From contig CAWHHI010000004.1 of NCBI GenBank assembly GCA_963829055.1, positions 512,001 through 576,000 of the forward strand: 64,000 nucleotides of DNA, read 5' to 3'. The translations under genes were made by a program, and so were the position numbers. The notes beneath the pieces are model-generated. The model saw nothing but the letters and a program-made list of their open reading frames with translations. It was not told where the DNA came from and made no database searches. This document shows, piece after piece, positions 47,706 to 58,949 of this stretch (its first letter is position 1; every line of letters starts with the position of its first letter). Origin of the DNA: an uncultured Gemmatimonadaceae bacterium (GTDB lineage: Bacteria > Gemmatimonadota > Gemmatimonadetes > Gemmatimonadales > Gemmatimonadaceae).

Positions 47706-49044
47706 CTACATCGCCGGCGTGCCGCCGGGCGTCTTGTAGACCACGCCGTTCTTCATCACGAACACCGGCTTCTCCATCGCCTTGATGTCGGCGATCGGGT
47801 CACCGGGTACCGCGACGATGTCCGCCCACTTGCCAGTCGTCAGCGTTCCCACGTTGCGGTCCCAGCCGAGCAGCTTCGCGGCGTTGCTCGTGCCGGCGAC
47901 GATCGACTGCATGGGCGACATGCCGCCCCACTCGACCATGAGCGTGAACTCGTGGCCGTTCGCGCCGTGCGGACCCACGCCGGCATCGGTGCCGAGCGCG
48001 ATGGGCACCTTGTTCGCCATGGCGATCCTGACGGCGTTTCGCATCGACTGCGCTGCGGCGAGCGCCTTCTCCGCGCGGAGCCCCTTGAGCACGCCGCTCT
48101 TCGCCGCGCGCTCCACCGCTTCGCCCGCGCGAGAGCGTCGGCACGAGGAACGTGCCCCTTCTGCGCCATCATGCGCGCGCCTTCCTCGTCGAGGAACGAG
48201 CCGTGCTCGATCGACGCGACGCCTGCACGCACGGCGATCTTGATTCCCTCGGCGCCATGCGCGTGGGCGGCGACCTTGCGCTCGAGCTTCGTCGCCTCGT
48301 CGACCATCGCCTTCATCTCCTCGTACGTGTACTGCGTCGCGCCGACGGCGTCACCTTCGGAGAGCACGCCGCCGGTCGCGCACGTCTTGATGACGTCGGC
48401 GCCGTACTTCACCTGGTAGCGCACCGCGGCGCGGATCTGGTCCGGGCCGTCGGCGATGCCGGTCTTGAAGTCGCCGTCGTCGAGACCGGGCTTGAAGCCG
48501 TTCTCGTCGCAGTGGCCGCCCGTGATGCCGAGCGAGTGCGCGGCGGTCTGCATGCGCGGACCGATCACCCACCCTTCGTTGATCGCCTTGCGGATCGCGA
48601 TGTCGTCGAAGTGCGGCGCGCCGACGTTGCGAATCGACGTGAAGCCGGCGATCAGCGTGTTCCGCACGTTGAACCGACGCCGAGGATCGCGCCGAACGAA
48701 TCGACGTCGCGGACGGCCGCGTCATCGCCAGCGGGGTCGCCTAACGTGCGTCCGATGACGTGCGTGTGCGCGTCGATGAACCCGGGCAGCAGCGTCGCGT
48801 TGCCGAGGTCGACGGTGCGTGCGCCGCTCGGGATCGTGACGGAGCTCGCCGGCCCGACGGCGACGATGCGATCGTCGGTGACGACGACGACGCCGTTCTG
48901 AATCGGCGCGGCGCCCGTGCCGTCGATCACGCGCGCGGCCTTGAGCACGACGGTGCCCGAGCCCTTGATGGGGTTCGTCGGGGCCTGAGCCCAGGCGAGA
49001 GTCGGAAGCGCCAGCGCCAGCGTGACCAGGGTTCGCATCGTCAT
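47706..49044 (-). CDS. Metal-dependent amidohydrolase (secreted), frameshifted
   Basis: LLPGFIDAHTH, GADVIKTCATGGV, VAAHAHG, SIEHG, ALGTDAG, GKWADIVAV. Confidence 0.88.
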
Positions 49045-49101
49045 GAGCGGGAAGAGAGTGGGTCCGAGCTTCAGGTCGAGCAGTGACGGCGGCAACCGCC
49101 G

Positions 49102-50469
49102 TCACGTGCCTCGTTTGCCTAGCGTCACCTTCAGTGTCAGCCGTTCGGTGCCGCGGAGCACGACGACGTCGACGGCGTCACCGGGCTGGTGTGCGTACAG
49201 CGCGTCGGTATAGGCGTACAGGTCCTTCACGGGCTTGCCGTCGAACTCGACGATGATATCGCCCGCCTTCATGCCCGCCTTGTCGGCGGGGCTGTCCGCT
49301 CGCACACCGGTGAGCCTAACGCCGGCGACCTCGGTCGCGCCCATGTCGGGGATCGACCCGAGGTAGGCGCTCGTGGCGTCGCGCGTCGAGGTCGTCGGCG
49401 CCGCGGCTGCGGCCCGCACGAACGTCAGCGGCTGCGGGCGATCGGCGATGTCCCGCGTCACGCGTTCCGCGAGCGCGACCACGCGCGCCATGCCGGCAGC
49501 GTTCACCTTGTCGGCATCGTCGCTCGCCTTGTGGTAGTCATCGTGCACATTCGTGAAGAAATGCAGGACGGGAAGATTCTTGGCGTAGAACGAGCTGTGG
49601 TCCGACGCGCCAAAGCCGTCACCCGTGGCGGTGAGCCGCAACGGCGTCACGGCATTGGCCCGGTTCACAATGTCTGGCAGCTCCTGCGCGGTCGCGACGC
49701 CATACACGATCATGCGGTCGTCGCGCAGGCGACCGACCATGTCGAAGTTGAGCATCGCGCGCACCTTCTCGAGCGGTACGGGCAAGTGGTCGACGAAGTA
49801 CTGCGATCCGAGAAGGCCCAACTCCTCGCCACTGAACGTGACGACGATCACCGACCGCTTCGGCGGATTCCGTCGCAGCAGGCGACCGAGCTCGATGACA
49901 GCAGCGGTGCCAGATGCATTGTCATCGGCACCGTTGTGAATCGCGTTCGGTGCCTCCGGATCGAGCGCGCCCATGATCGAGCGGCCAAGATGGTCGAAGT
50001 GCGCACCGAGGATCACGTATTCGTCGCGCAGTGCCGGGTCCGTCCCGCGCACGACCGCGGCGACGTTCTGCGTCGGCAGCTCACCGGGGAGCCCGGCGTG
50101 CGCGGCAGCGACCGATCGCGCGACGAAGTGCTGGATGAATCGGCCATCGCACGCACTCGCGCCCGAGGTGCAGCGCCGGCGCAGATACGCCCATCGGCCG
50201 ACCGCGAATGCTGGCGCAAGTCCGGTCGCCGCCAACCGTCGGGCAATGTAGGCGGCGGCGGAGTCATTGCCGGCCGTACCGGTCCCGCGGCCTTCCAACG
50301 CGTCACTCGCGAGGTACCGGACGTCGCCCATCATGAGCGCCGTGTCCGGCGTGGCGGAGGGCGCAGGGGCGGGTGTGGACGTAGAACCACGACAGCCGAG
50401 TGAGCCCAGCGCCAGCGCACCGAACGCGCTAGCTGCCAGTGCCCGCCAGGCTTGCGAACGACTGATCAT
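49102..50469 (-). CDS. M28 family peptidase with C-terminal PDZ domain (lipoprotein-like)
   Basis: GAHFDH, NGADDNASG, GEELGLLGS, NFDMVGR, SDHSSF, DYHKASD; PDZ YLGSIPD..PADKAG. Confidence 0.9.
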   Translation of the reverse strand: MISRSQAWRALAASAFGALALGSLGCRGSTSTPAPAPSATPDTALMMGDVRYLASDALEGRGTGTAGNDSAAAYIARRLAATGLAPAFAVGRWAYLRRRCTSGASACDGRFIQHFVARSVAAAHAGLPGELPTQNVAAVVRGTDPALRDEYVILGAHFDHLGRSIMGALDPEAPNAIHNGADDNASGTAAVIELGRLLRRNPPKRSVIVVTFSGEELGLLGSQYFVDHLPVPLEKVRAMLNFDMVGRLRDDRMIVYGVATAQELPDIVNRANAVTPLRLTATGDGFGASDHSSFYAKNLPVLHFFTNVHDDYHKASDDADKVNAAGMARVVALAERVTRDIADRPQPLTFVRAAAAAPTTSTRDATSAYLGSIPDMGATEVAGVRLTGVRADSPADKAGMKAGDIIVEFDGKPVKDLYAYTDALYAHQPGDAVDVVVLRGTERLTLKVTLGKRGT

Positions 50470-50550
50470 GTAAAGGCCGGACAGAGGGTGGATCGGGAAG
50501 GAATGTTACGGGCCGCGTAGGGGCGAGAGAAGACCGAAGGGGGCGGCGTC

Positions 50551-52369
50551 GTGAGTATCCGCCAAGGCATGTCGAGCGTCATGCAGGGGAAGAAGTCTCC
50601 ACTCTCGGGATGGTCCGCCCTGGCATGTCGAGTAGCGCAACCACGTTTCCCGCTCGGTTCGCCGAGCTCGTGTATCTCCTTGCCCACTATCCCGCGCGGA
50701 CGTGGGAGCACGAGCAGGTGCTGGCTGCCGCCATGGCGGGTCTGCGCCAATGGTGACGCCTCGCTGACGACGAGCCAGCTGAACGTCGACCTGCTGGACG
50801 AAGGGCAGTCGAGCGACGCCGTGCAGCTGCACGAGCTCGTGATGCGCATGTCCGCGCACTCCGCGCACCAGATCGACTTTCCGGTGAACACCCCGCGCAG
50901 CGAGGTTCTGGGAGTCGCACGAATCCTGGCGGGTGACGCGCGGCCTAACGATGACGGCGCTGCATTCGATGACCGGTTGCTGAAGCTCGGCACGACCATC
51001 GTAGAGGTCCATCTCGGGCGCAGCGGGTTCGTGCGCACGGGCGGCATGACGCCGAGCTCCTCTCCGCGCGTGGCGGCTCCGACAGCGAGGACCGCCACAC
51101 CGTTTCGGGCGATGCCGGCATTCGGGTCGCTCACTCCTCCGCACCCCACACGGTCCGTTCCGACGCCACCAGCCGCCGCCTCGTTGCGCGCGACGCCAGC
51201 GCGACCGACGCCGGTGCGCGGAAGCGCACTGCCGACGGCCGGAGGAGAGCTGACGTTAGGCGCCTCGCTGCCTTCCGTGGCCCCACCGAGCCGTGGTGCC
51301 GGTCCTCCGCTCTCGAGGATCCGCGACGAGTCGGTCCGGATGATCGAGGGTGCCATCACGACGAAGCCGCTCGCCTCGATGTCCGATGACGAGTTGATCG
51401 AGCAGCTCCAGTCGCGCATCACGCCACAGAACGTGATGGCCCGGCTCGACGAGATCATGAGCGTCGCCGAAGCGCGTGCACAGGAGAACCGGTGGGAAGT
51501 CGTCGCTCGCGTGTTCGATGCCATCGTTCGCAACGAGGCGGCCGCCGAACACAATCCCGACCTGCGCCGGGCCTACACGATCGGGCTGCGCCGCCTGACG
51601 AAGCCAACGCTGCTCCGCGGCATCGCCGGGCTCCTGCCGCGTCGTCCCGAGATGCGGGATGTCCTGCACGACGTGCTCCTGCGACTCGGTCCCGATGGCG
51701 CCGAGGCGTTGATCGACCTGCTGACGGCGGCCGATTCGCTCACGGATCGCCGCGCGTATCTCGCGGCACTCGTGAAGTGCCGCGACGCCGTGCCGACGCT
51801 CATTCACCTCCTCGGTGACAAGCGCTGGTACGTGGTGCGGAACACGACGGACCTGTTGGGCGAGATGCGAGCCGTGGAGGCGGAGAGCCCGCTGATCGAG
51901 ACCGCGACGCATCACGAGGAGCGCGTGCGCCGCTCGGTCGCCACTGCCCTGGCGCGACTCGGCACGGCGCGCGCGATTCAGATCGTGCAGCAGATGCTCG
52001 ACGGACCCCGTGCCCGAGGTGCGCGTGCACGCGGTGCAAGGGCTCGGCGGTGTGACGATGCCGAGGGCAGTGTCAGTCCTCTCACGGGCGCTGGACAGCG
52101 AGCAGGATCAGGAAGTCCAGGCGGTCATCCTGGCCGCGTTAGGCCGTCAGGCGACGGACGAGGCGGTGGCTCGGCTCCTCAAGGCGGCCGAGCCGGACGG
52201 GCGCCTCTTCAAACGCAAGCCGACGGCGCTCCGCGTGTCCGCCGTGCAGGCGCTGGCCGAGGCGAACACACCGGCGGCGTTGGCGGCGCTCAAGCGATTC
52301 GTGGAGGACAAGGACCGCGACGTGCGGGATGCCGCGGCGCGCGCGCTCAGGCCGAAGTCCGAGGGCTGA
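50551..52369 (+). CDS. HEAT-repeat protein with Pro/Thr-rich linker (frameshift ~52005; start uncertain)
   Basis: LLGDKRWYVVRN, EERVRRSVATAL, PEVRVHAVQGL, DRDVRDAAARAL. Confidence 0.7.
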
Positions 52370-52420
52370 GTCCTCGAACCGACCGGCGGGAACGGGGAAC
52401 AGGGAACCGGGAACTGAGCT

Positions 52421-53489
52421 CTACCGGGCGGTAAAATCCGTTTCCGGGGTCACTGCTCGACACGTCTCGGCGATCAACTCCGCGGCGCGATCCAGATCCT
52501 CGAGGCTCACCATCTCGTTAGGTGAGTGCATGTAGCGGTTCGGGATCGACAGCAGCGCCGTCGCCACACCGTCGCGCGCCACGTGGATGGCGTCGGCGTC
52601 GGTCCACGACTCGCGCCCCGCCGCGTGTACCGTGAAGGGAATCGAGAGACGCGTTGCCGTGTCGCGCAGCAGCGAGTACACGACCGGCGAGATGATCGAC
52701 CCACGCGTGAGCACGGGCCCCCCGCCGATCTTGTGGTGGCCGTGCTCCTTCTTCTCGGCGCCCGGGTAGTCCGTCGCATGCGTCACGTCGACCACGATCG
52801 CCATTTGCGGGGCCGACGCGCGTCGCGCTCACGCGCGCGCCGCCACCCTGAAACGCGATCTCCTCCTGCGTCGTGGCCACCGCGACGACTCGTGCCGCGC
52901 CAGGCTTGTCGGCGTAACGGCGCAGCGCCTCGAGGACGATGAATGCGCCGATGCGGTCGTCGATGGACCGCGAGACGATGCAGCTATTCGGGAAGTCGAT
53001 CGTGCGCGAATCGATGACGCCGGGATCGCCGACACTGACGATGCGCTCCGCATCTTCGCGCGACGCAGCGCCGATGTCGATCCAGAGATCGGTCATCTCG
53101 GACGCCTTCTTCCGGTCGTCGGGCTTGATCACGTGAATCGGTTTCTTCCCGATGACGCCGAACACGTGGCCGTCGCGCGCCATGATGCGGATGCGCTGGC
53201 CGACCAACACCTGCGTATCCCAGCCACCGATGCCGGAGATGTAGAGGTAGCCCTCGTCATCGATGTACGTGATGATGACGCCGATCTCGTCGATGTGGCC
53301 GGCGAGCATGATGGTCGGCGAGCCCTCGGCGTTCACGACCGCCAGGCTGTTGCCGGCGACGTCGTTCGTGACTTCGGCGAAGGGACGGGCTTCGTCGCGC
53401 CAGAGTTTTGCGGGAGCCGACTCGAACCCGGACGGACCGGGCGTGTCGAGGAGGCGCTTGAGGAAGGCGATTGACGATTCGGAGAGCAT
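52421..53489 (-). CDS. M42 family metallo-aminopeptidase (frameshift ~52810)
   Basis: PGPSGFE, LAGHIDEIG, DDRIG, TQEEI, VDVTHATD, TDADAI, RYMHSP. Confidence 0.92.
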
Positions 53490-53508
53490 GTGGGCGTACA
53501 TTGGTTGA

Positions 53509-53865
53509 ATGACGATCCTCTACATCATAATCGGGCTTGCCGCCGGCGTGCTGTCGGGAATGTTCGGCATTGGCGGCGGCGTCGTGATCGTACCGGCACT
53601 GCTGTTCTTCGCGGAGATGAGGCCGCTCGCGGCGACGGGGACATCACTCGGCGCGTTGTTACTGCCGGTTGGGGCGCTCGGTGCGTGGACGTACTACAGG
53701 ACGGGCAATCTCGATGTTCGCGCGTCGGCGCTCATCGCGCTGGGATTGTTTTTCGGCGCGTTCTTCGGTGCGCAGGTCGCGCAACATCTCACGGCGGTGC
53801 AGCTCAAGCGGGCCTTTGCGGTCTTTCTGGTGCTCGTCGCCGTACGGGTCTGGACGGCGAAATAG
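53509..53865 (+). CDS. Sulfite exporter TauE/SafE (TSUP) family, half-size
   Basis: GVLSGMFGIGGGVVIVP, ATGTSL. Confidence 0.85.
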   Translation: MTILYIIIGLAAGVLSGMFGIGGGVVIVPALLFFAEMRPLAATGTSLGALLLPVGALGAWTYYRTGNLDVRASALIALGLFFGAFFGAQVAQHLTAVQLKRAFAVFLVLVAVRVWTAK

Positions 53866-53994
53866 CACACAGAGCTGCACGCTACCTTGCCGACGGCTGC
53901 ATGCTGCGGCCGCACGCTGCCCGCTGCTGCTATTAGCGCCCGGCACACCACGCGCTGCTCGCCGCGCAGCGGCGAACGACAACAGTACAGCGGC

Positions 53995-54912
53995 TTACGT
54001 AGCCGGCACCGGCGCGAGCCTCCGCGCGGAAGTGGCATCCGGCGGACCGAACAGCGTCGGGTGCAGAACCGCCGCGAGTACCTCGATGCCGTCCACCACG
54101 CGCGGGCCGGGGCGACTCAGGAACGCGTTCGCGTCGACCGCCCACACCTGCTTGTCGCGAGCCCACGCCCAGTCATCCGTCATCAGCACGCGCTCGCCAT
54201 CGGCCGCTGCGCGGTCGAGGTCGAAGCCGCACGGCGCGATCAGGATGAACTCCGGGTCTGCGCCGCGGACCGAATCGAGTGTCCGCGTGCGCGAGTGCTC
54301 GCCCGGCTCCGCCAGGATATCCTCGCCACCGGCACGGTAGACCATCTCCGGCACCCAGTGTCCCGCGGCGAATATCGGGTCGGTCCACTCGATGACGGCA
54401 ACACGCGGGCGCGGCGCTCGCGCCGCTTTGAGCGTCTCGTGGACCTCCCGCATGCGCGCTCGCGCCCGCTCGACGAGCGCGTCGGCGCGATCCGTGACAT
54501 GGAGCGCCGCTGCCACGCGGTGAATGTCCTCGAAGATGCCGTCGAGTGTCGTGGCGCCGAGCGTGACCACCTCGGGGCGCGGGCGAAGGCGCGCGGCGAG
54601 CGCGCGGACATCACCCTCGCTGACCGCGCACACCTCACAGACGATCTGTGTCACCATGAGGTCCGGCGACAATTCGCGGACGCGGTCCTCGCGCACGTCG
54701 TACAACGGACGTCCCGTATCGACGAAATCGCGAACGGCCGTGTCGATCGCGTCAGGCGCGGCTTTGGAGTCGATGGCGCTCGAGGTCACGATCTCGCGCG
54801 AGCGCACCGCGGGCGGGAAATCGCACTCGTGCGACACGCCGACGATCGCGTCGAGGTGGCCGAGCGCGGCCACGATCTCGGTGGCCGACGGGAGGAAGGA
54901 GACGACGCGCAC
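53995..54912 (-). CDS. Cobalamin/Fe-siderophore-type ABC substrate-binding protein
   Basis: RVVSFLPSATEIV, GVSHECDFP, CEVCAV, EWTDP..GHWVPE, SRPGPR. Confidence 0.85.
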   Translation of the reverse strand: MRVVSFLPSATEIVAALGHLDAIVGVSHECDFPPAVRSREIVTSSAIDSKAAPDAIDTAVRDFVDTGRPLYDVREDRVRELSPDLMVTQIVCEVCAVSEGDVRALAARLRPRPEVVTLGATTLDGIFEDIHRVAAALHVTDRADALVERARARMREVHETLKAARAPRPRVAVIEWTDPIFAAGHWVPEMVYRAGGEDILAEPGEHSRTRTLDSVRGADPEFILIAPCGFDLDRAAADGERVLMTDDWAWARDKQVWAVDANAFLSRPGPRVVDGIEVLAAVLHPTLFGPPDATSARRLAPVPAT

Positions 54913-54914
54913 GC

Positions 54915-55308
54915 CTAACGACCGTTGCGAACGGGAAAGATGAAGTACGTGAGCAGGAGACACGCGACGCCGTAAAGATACCACTGCGGGTCGCCGAGCA
55001 GCATCCAGAACAACCCGCCGTAGATCGCGGTCGCTTCGCCGAGCGCCCACGCGATCACGCTGAACGTCCCGCGGCGTTCGGGCGTCGCTCGGCCCGCGCC
55101 GAGGAAGAGCCCGAGCGTGCCGAGCGTCATGAACCCCCAGACGGCCTGGCCAGCGACGCGCAGCGCACGCGGAGTCGATGCCGTACGACTCGTACCCCGA
55201 GCGCCGGACGTACCAGACAATGCCGCCGAACGCCAGCACACCGACGAGGAGCGCGATGCGGATGAGCGCGAGCGTGCGTCTCGGAGCGGACGCCGGCGCT
55301 GCGGTCAC
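54915..55308 (-). CDS. Small multi-TM hypothetical protein (frameshift ~55170)
   Basis: Hydrophobic segments LIRIALLVGVLAFGG, VIAWALGE, YGVACLLLTYFIFP. Confidence 0.6.
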
Positions 55309-56981
55309 GGAACGGTCGCCCTGCGCTCGTAGACGACCTTGCCGCCGACGTACGTCGCGAGCACGTGCGTGCTGAGCACCTGCTCGGGTGCAATGCGCAT
55401 GATGTCCTGGTCGAGCACGACGAAGTCCGCGAGCTTGCCCGGCGTGAGCGATCCCATCAGGCTCTCCTGGAACGCCGCGGCCGCGGGCCAGAGCGTGATG
55501 GACTTGAGTGCCTCCTCGCGCGTCATCTTCTGCTCGGGATACCAGCCGTTAGGCGGCCAGTTGTGCGCGTCCTGACGCGAGAACGCCGCGTGGAACGAGA
55601 TGAGCGGGTTCACCTGTTCGACCGGGAAGTCGCTGCCGTTCGGGATGATCGAGCCGTTGTCGAGCAGCGAGCGCCAGGCATACGCGCCTAACAACCGTGT
55701 CGAGCCGAGCCGCGTCCCCGCCCAGTACATGTCGCTCGTCTGGTGGCTCGCCTGCATGGACGGAATGACACCGAGCGATGCGAAGCGCGGAATGTCATCG
55801 GGGTTGATGATCTGCGCGTGCTCGATGCGGAACCGATGGTCCGCGACAGGGACCGCCTTGAGCGCCTGCTCGTACGCGTCGAGTACGATGCGATTGCCGC
55901 GGTCGCCAATCGCGTGCGTGTTCACCTGGAAGCCAGCCTTGAGCGCGCGCTCGGCTACCGCTTCGATGTGCTCGGGCTTGGACACGAGCAGGCCGTTCGT
56001 CGTGGCGTTGTCGGCGTACGGATCGAGCAGCGCGGCGCCGCGCGAGCCGAGCGCGCCGTCGGCGTACAGCTTGACGCTGCGCACCCAGAGCGTGTTGCCG
56101 TACCCGCCGACGAGTGGCCCGCGCGCGAACCACCGCGCTATCGTGGCCGAATCATCGGAGATCATCGCGTACATGCGGAAATTGAGCGCGCCCGCCTTGC
56201 CGAGCTCTTCGTAGATGTCGAGCACCTGTGACGACGCGCCCGCGTCGTGCACGCCGGTGAGCCCGAACTTCTGCGCCTCGGCGATCGCCGCCTGTACCTC
56301 GGACTTCACCTCGGCTCGCGTCGGCTGCGGAATGACGCGCTCGACGATACCCTGAGCGTTGTCGACGAAGACGCCGGCGGGAGCGCCGTCGGCGGCGCGT
56401 TCGATGTGTCCGCCTTCCGGATCCTTGGTTTGAGCCGTGGCGCCGGCGGCCTTGAGCGCGGCCGCGTTCGCGAGCCCGGCATGTCCATCGATCCGCGTTA
56501 GGTACACAGGGTTGTTCGGCACGGCGGCCGAGAGCTTCTCGTGCGTGGGGAAGCGCGTATCGCCCCAGTCGTTCTGATCCCAGCCCCGTCCTATGATCCA
56601 TTGTCCCGGCGACGCGGTCTTGGCTCGCGCGATGACACGGGCTATGACCTCGTCGTATGACGTCGTGCCGGTCAGGTCGACTGTGCGCAGCGCGAGCCCG
56701 AGGTTATCCACGTGGCCATGGGCGTCGACCATTCCGGGGATCACCGTGCGGCCGCCGAGATCGACAACGCGCGTGGACGCCCCGCGGAGAGCCATCGCGG
56801 CGCCGGATGAACCGACGAACTGCACCTTCCCGCCGCGCACGGCCATCGCGTCGGCGAGTGGGTGCGCGTCGTCCACCGTATAGATGCGCGCGTTTGTGAC
56901 GATGAGATCGGCGGGCTGCTGTTGCGGTTGTTGCGCAGCGGCGAGCGCGGGGATCAGCAGGAAGAGAAGAGCGCGGTTCAT
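55305..56981 (-). CDS. Amidohydrolase 3 (YtcJ-like), secreted
   Basis: Intact 558 aa; PGMVDAHGH, KLYADGALGSRGA, HAIGD, RIEHAQ, GSDFPVE, GKLADFVVL. Confidence 0.92.
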   Translation of the reverse strand: MNRALLFLLIPALAAAQQPQQQPADLIVTNARIYTVDDAHPLADAMAVRGGKVQFVGSSGAAMALRGASTRVVDLGGRTVIPGMVDAHGHVDNLGLALRTVDLTGTTSYDEVIARVIARAKTASPGQWIIGRGWDQNDWGDTRFPTHEKLSAAVPNNPVYLTRIDGHAGLANAAALKAAGATAQTKDPEGGHIERAADGAPAGVFVDNAQGIVERVIPQPTRAEVKSEVQAAIAEAQKFGLTGVHDAGASSQVLDIYEELGKAGALNFRMYAMISDDSATIARWFARGPLVGGYGNTLWVRSVKLYADGALGSRGAALLDPYADNATTNGLLVSKPEHIEAVAERALKAGFQVNTHAIGDRGNRIVLDAYEQALKAVPVADHRFRIEHAQIINPDDIPRFASLGVIPSMQASHQTSDMYWAGTRLGSTRLLGAYAWRSLLDNGSIIPNGSDFPVEQVNPLISFHAAFSRQDAHNWPPNGWYPEQKMTREEALKSITLWPAAAAFQESLMGSLTPGKLADFVVLDQDIMRIAPEQVLSTHVLATYVGGKVVYERRATVP

Positions 56982-56994
56982 GTAGGAGCGGAGG

Positions 56995-57052
56995 TTGTAG
57001 CTGTAGCGTCGTAGCTGTAGCTGATGGCTGATGGCCGATGGCTGTCAGCTGC
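56995..57052. repeat. TGTAGC / GCTGATG short tandem array
   Basis: TTGTAGCTGTAGCGTCGTAGCTGTAGCTGATGGCTGATGGCCGATGGCTG fills the intergenic gap. Confidence 0.6.
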
Positions 57053-57055
57053 TTT

Positions 57056-57694
57056 CTAGAAAGGCATGTCGTACGGCGGTGGGGTCACCTTGTTCAGTCG
57101 CAGATACGGAATCAACTGACCAAACGTCCACGTCGCGTGCTCACGCGACAGCTCCAGCCAGCGCCAGCCTGGCGCCGCCGGCTGGTTGAACAGCGTGTGC
57201 GACTTCGCGAGTTGTGCCGGTGTCGCCGAGCGCAACGCCTCGAGCAGGTAGTCGTACGACTTGGTCGTGAAGTCAGTGAGCGCGGCCTTCTTGTGCAGAT
57301 ACTGGGCGGTATCGCCTAACGTTGGCGGGCGCTTGAGACCGCGCAGCACCACGGCGGCGATCTCCGTGTTCGTTCCCACGAAGTGCTCCACCTGCTGTGC
57401 GAACGTGCGGACGCCTGGCGTCGGCGCGAACGTCATCGCAGAGTCAGGCATGACGGCGATGTAGGCGAGCACGTTCTTCTTCTGCCGCTCCCAGTCCACT
57501 ACCATGGTCGCGAGCGGCGTGCCCGCGCTGGCGTCCGGCTTTGTCGCTGCTGCTTGCTTGGTCGCTGCTTGCTTGGTCGCTGCTTGCTTGGTCGCCTGCG
57601 CCACGAGCGGCGCGGCAGGCGCAATCGCGACCGTCGCGCACAGCGCGAGACGAATGAACGTAGCAGGCACCATCAGAATCTCCGTGTGATTCAT
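57056..57694 (-). CDS. DinB family protein, secreted
   Basis: FAPTPGVRTFAQQVEH, EHATWTFGQLIPYLRLNKVTPP; signal peptide. Confidence 0.8.
   Translation of the reverse strand: MNHTEILMVPATFIRLALCATVAIAPAAPLVAQATKQAATKQAATKQAAATKPDASAGTPLATMVVDWERQKKNVLAYIAVMPDSAMTFAPTPGVRTFAQQVEHFVGTNTEIAAVVLRGLKRPPTLGDTAQYLHKKAALTDFTTKSYDYLLEALRSATPAQLAKSHTLFNQPAAPGWRWLELSREHATWTFGQLIPYLRLNKVTPPPYDMPF
57549..57593. repeat. 3 x 15-bp perfect tandem repeat encoding (TKQAA)3
   Basis: GCTGCTTGCTTGGTC three times, just after the signal peptide. Confidence 0.85.
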
Positions 57695-57846
57695 CTGTGG
57701 GGATGAAAGCGCAACGCCGAGGCGGCGCTGTGGTCGGCGCGTGCGCCGTCGGACGCCGAGATAGATGAACCTCGGCAAGCGAGGGCGCAACCAGCCCGCG
57801 CCCTAACGCTGCCGGGATGAGAGGTCGCTGGCGGTGTGGCCGCTTG

Positions 57847-58632
57847 CTACTGCTTTTTCAGCTGGCCCTGACGCGTCCAGATCGCGATGATGCCGCACGC
57901 GCTTTCCCGCCCGCCGAATTGCGGCGGCACCGTGGCACCGCCGGGATAGACCTCGATCGCGCCAATGTCGGCGACCTGGATCATCGTGTCGATCGACTGG
58001 CCGTACAGCGGATAGTTCGTGCCGTCGATGAAGTACCGCACGGGGCAAAACGCCATGTTGCCGAGGCGAGTCGAGACGACTGTCGGCGTCCCGTTCTCGC
58101 GCAGCAGCTTCACGCCGGACACGGTGCGAAACAGATCAGTCGTGACGCGCGGATTCTTCTTTTCGATCTGCTCTCGCGTGATGAACGTTCCAAAGCCGCG
58201 CGACTTCCGAGCCTCGAAGCCACCGAATGCCTTCTCGATGGCGGGGGCCTCGGCTACCACCGCGACCGAATCCATGACCATCGCCACCGGCGAGAGCAGC
58301 ACGCGAATGTCCCGCATTTCGCCCATCTCGAGCTCGAGCGGAATTTTCGCCGGCGAGAACCCGAGCCGTCGAACGACGACTTCGACGGAGCCGGATGGCA
58401 GCCCCGCGAGCTCGAATCTGCCGTCGCTCCCTGTCTCCGCGCGGAACGTCGTGTTGGAGACGAGGATCTCCGCCTTCACGATCGCGGCTCCTACCGCGTC
58501 CGCGACGCGGCCCGTGAGTCGAACGAGCCGCGCTTCGGCGGACCCAGCCTGCGCGATCGCGTTCGACGCCGTTCCACAGACGAGAGTGAACAGGGCGGCA
58601 GCGCGGCACATTCGAGATGGCAGATGCAGCAT
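57847..58632 (-). CDS. Carboxypeptidase-regulatory-like domain + TonB-plug-like domain protein
   Basis: LTGRVAD..TGSDGRFEL..VRRLGF; GTFITREQI; IEVYPG..CGIIAIWT. Confidence 0.75.
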   Translation of the reverse strand: MLHLPSRMCRAAALFTLVCGTASNAIAQAGSAEARLVRLTGRVADAVGAAIVKAEILVSNTTFRAETGSDGRFELAGLPSGSVEVVVRRLGFSPAKIPLELEMGEMRDIRVLLSPVAMVMDSVAVVAEAPAIEKAFGGFEARKSRGFGTFITREQIEKKNPRVTTDLFRTVSGVKLLRENGTPTVVSTRLGNMAFCPVRYFIDGTNYPLYGQSIDTMIQVADIGAIEVYPGGATVPPQFGGRESACGIIAIWTRQGQLKKQ

Positions 58633-58949
58633 GGGACTAGCTCCGCTTGAGGACCCGCTTTCCAACGATATACAGCGGGACCGCCATACGCACCACATAC
58701 ACGCCCGTTGCCACGAGGTTGTTAGCGGCGAGCCCGCCGAGCACGCGCGAAAGATCGAGGCCTGCGTCCAACCCTTTGGCCTGCAGACCCAATATGGGAT
58801 GCGGTGCGCGAGGGCGTCGAGGTGAAGCGTGACGATCCGCGATACCGCCCGGCACTCCGCCGCCCGTTCGTCCCCACTTTTCCGAGTTCTCGGCTTCGTC
58901 ACTACTTTAAGCGCGTCCTCTGCACTCCAGTTCACACCAGAGATCGCCC

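Noticed and set aside
57056..57075. DinB protein C-terminus YDMPF as a second SSB-tail mimic
   Set aside because: The protein has a signal peptide and the tail lacks an acidic run.
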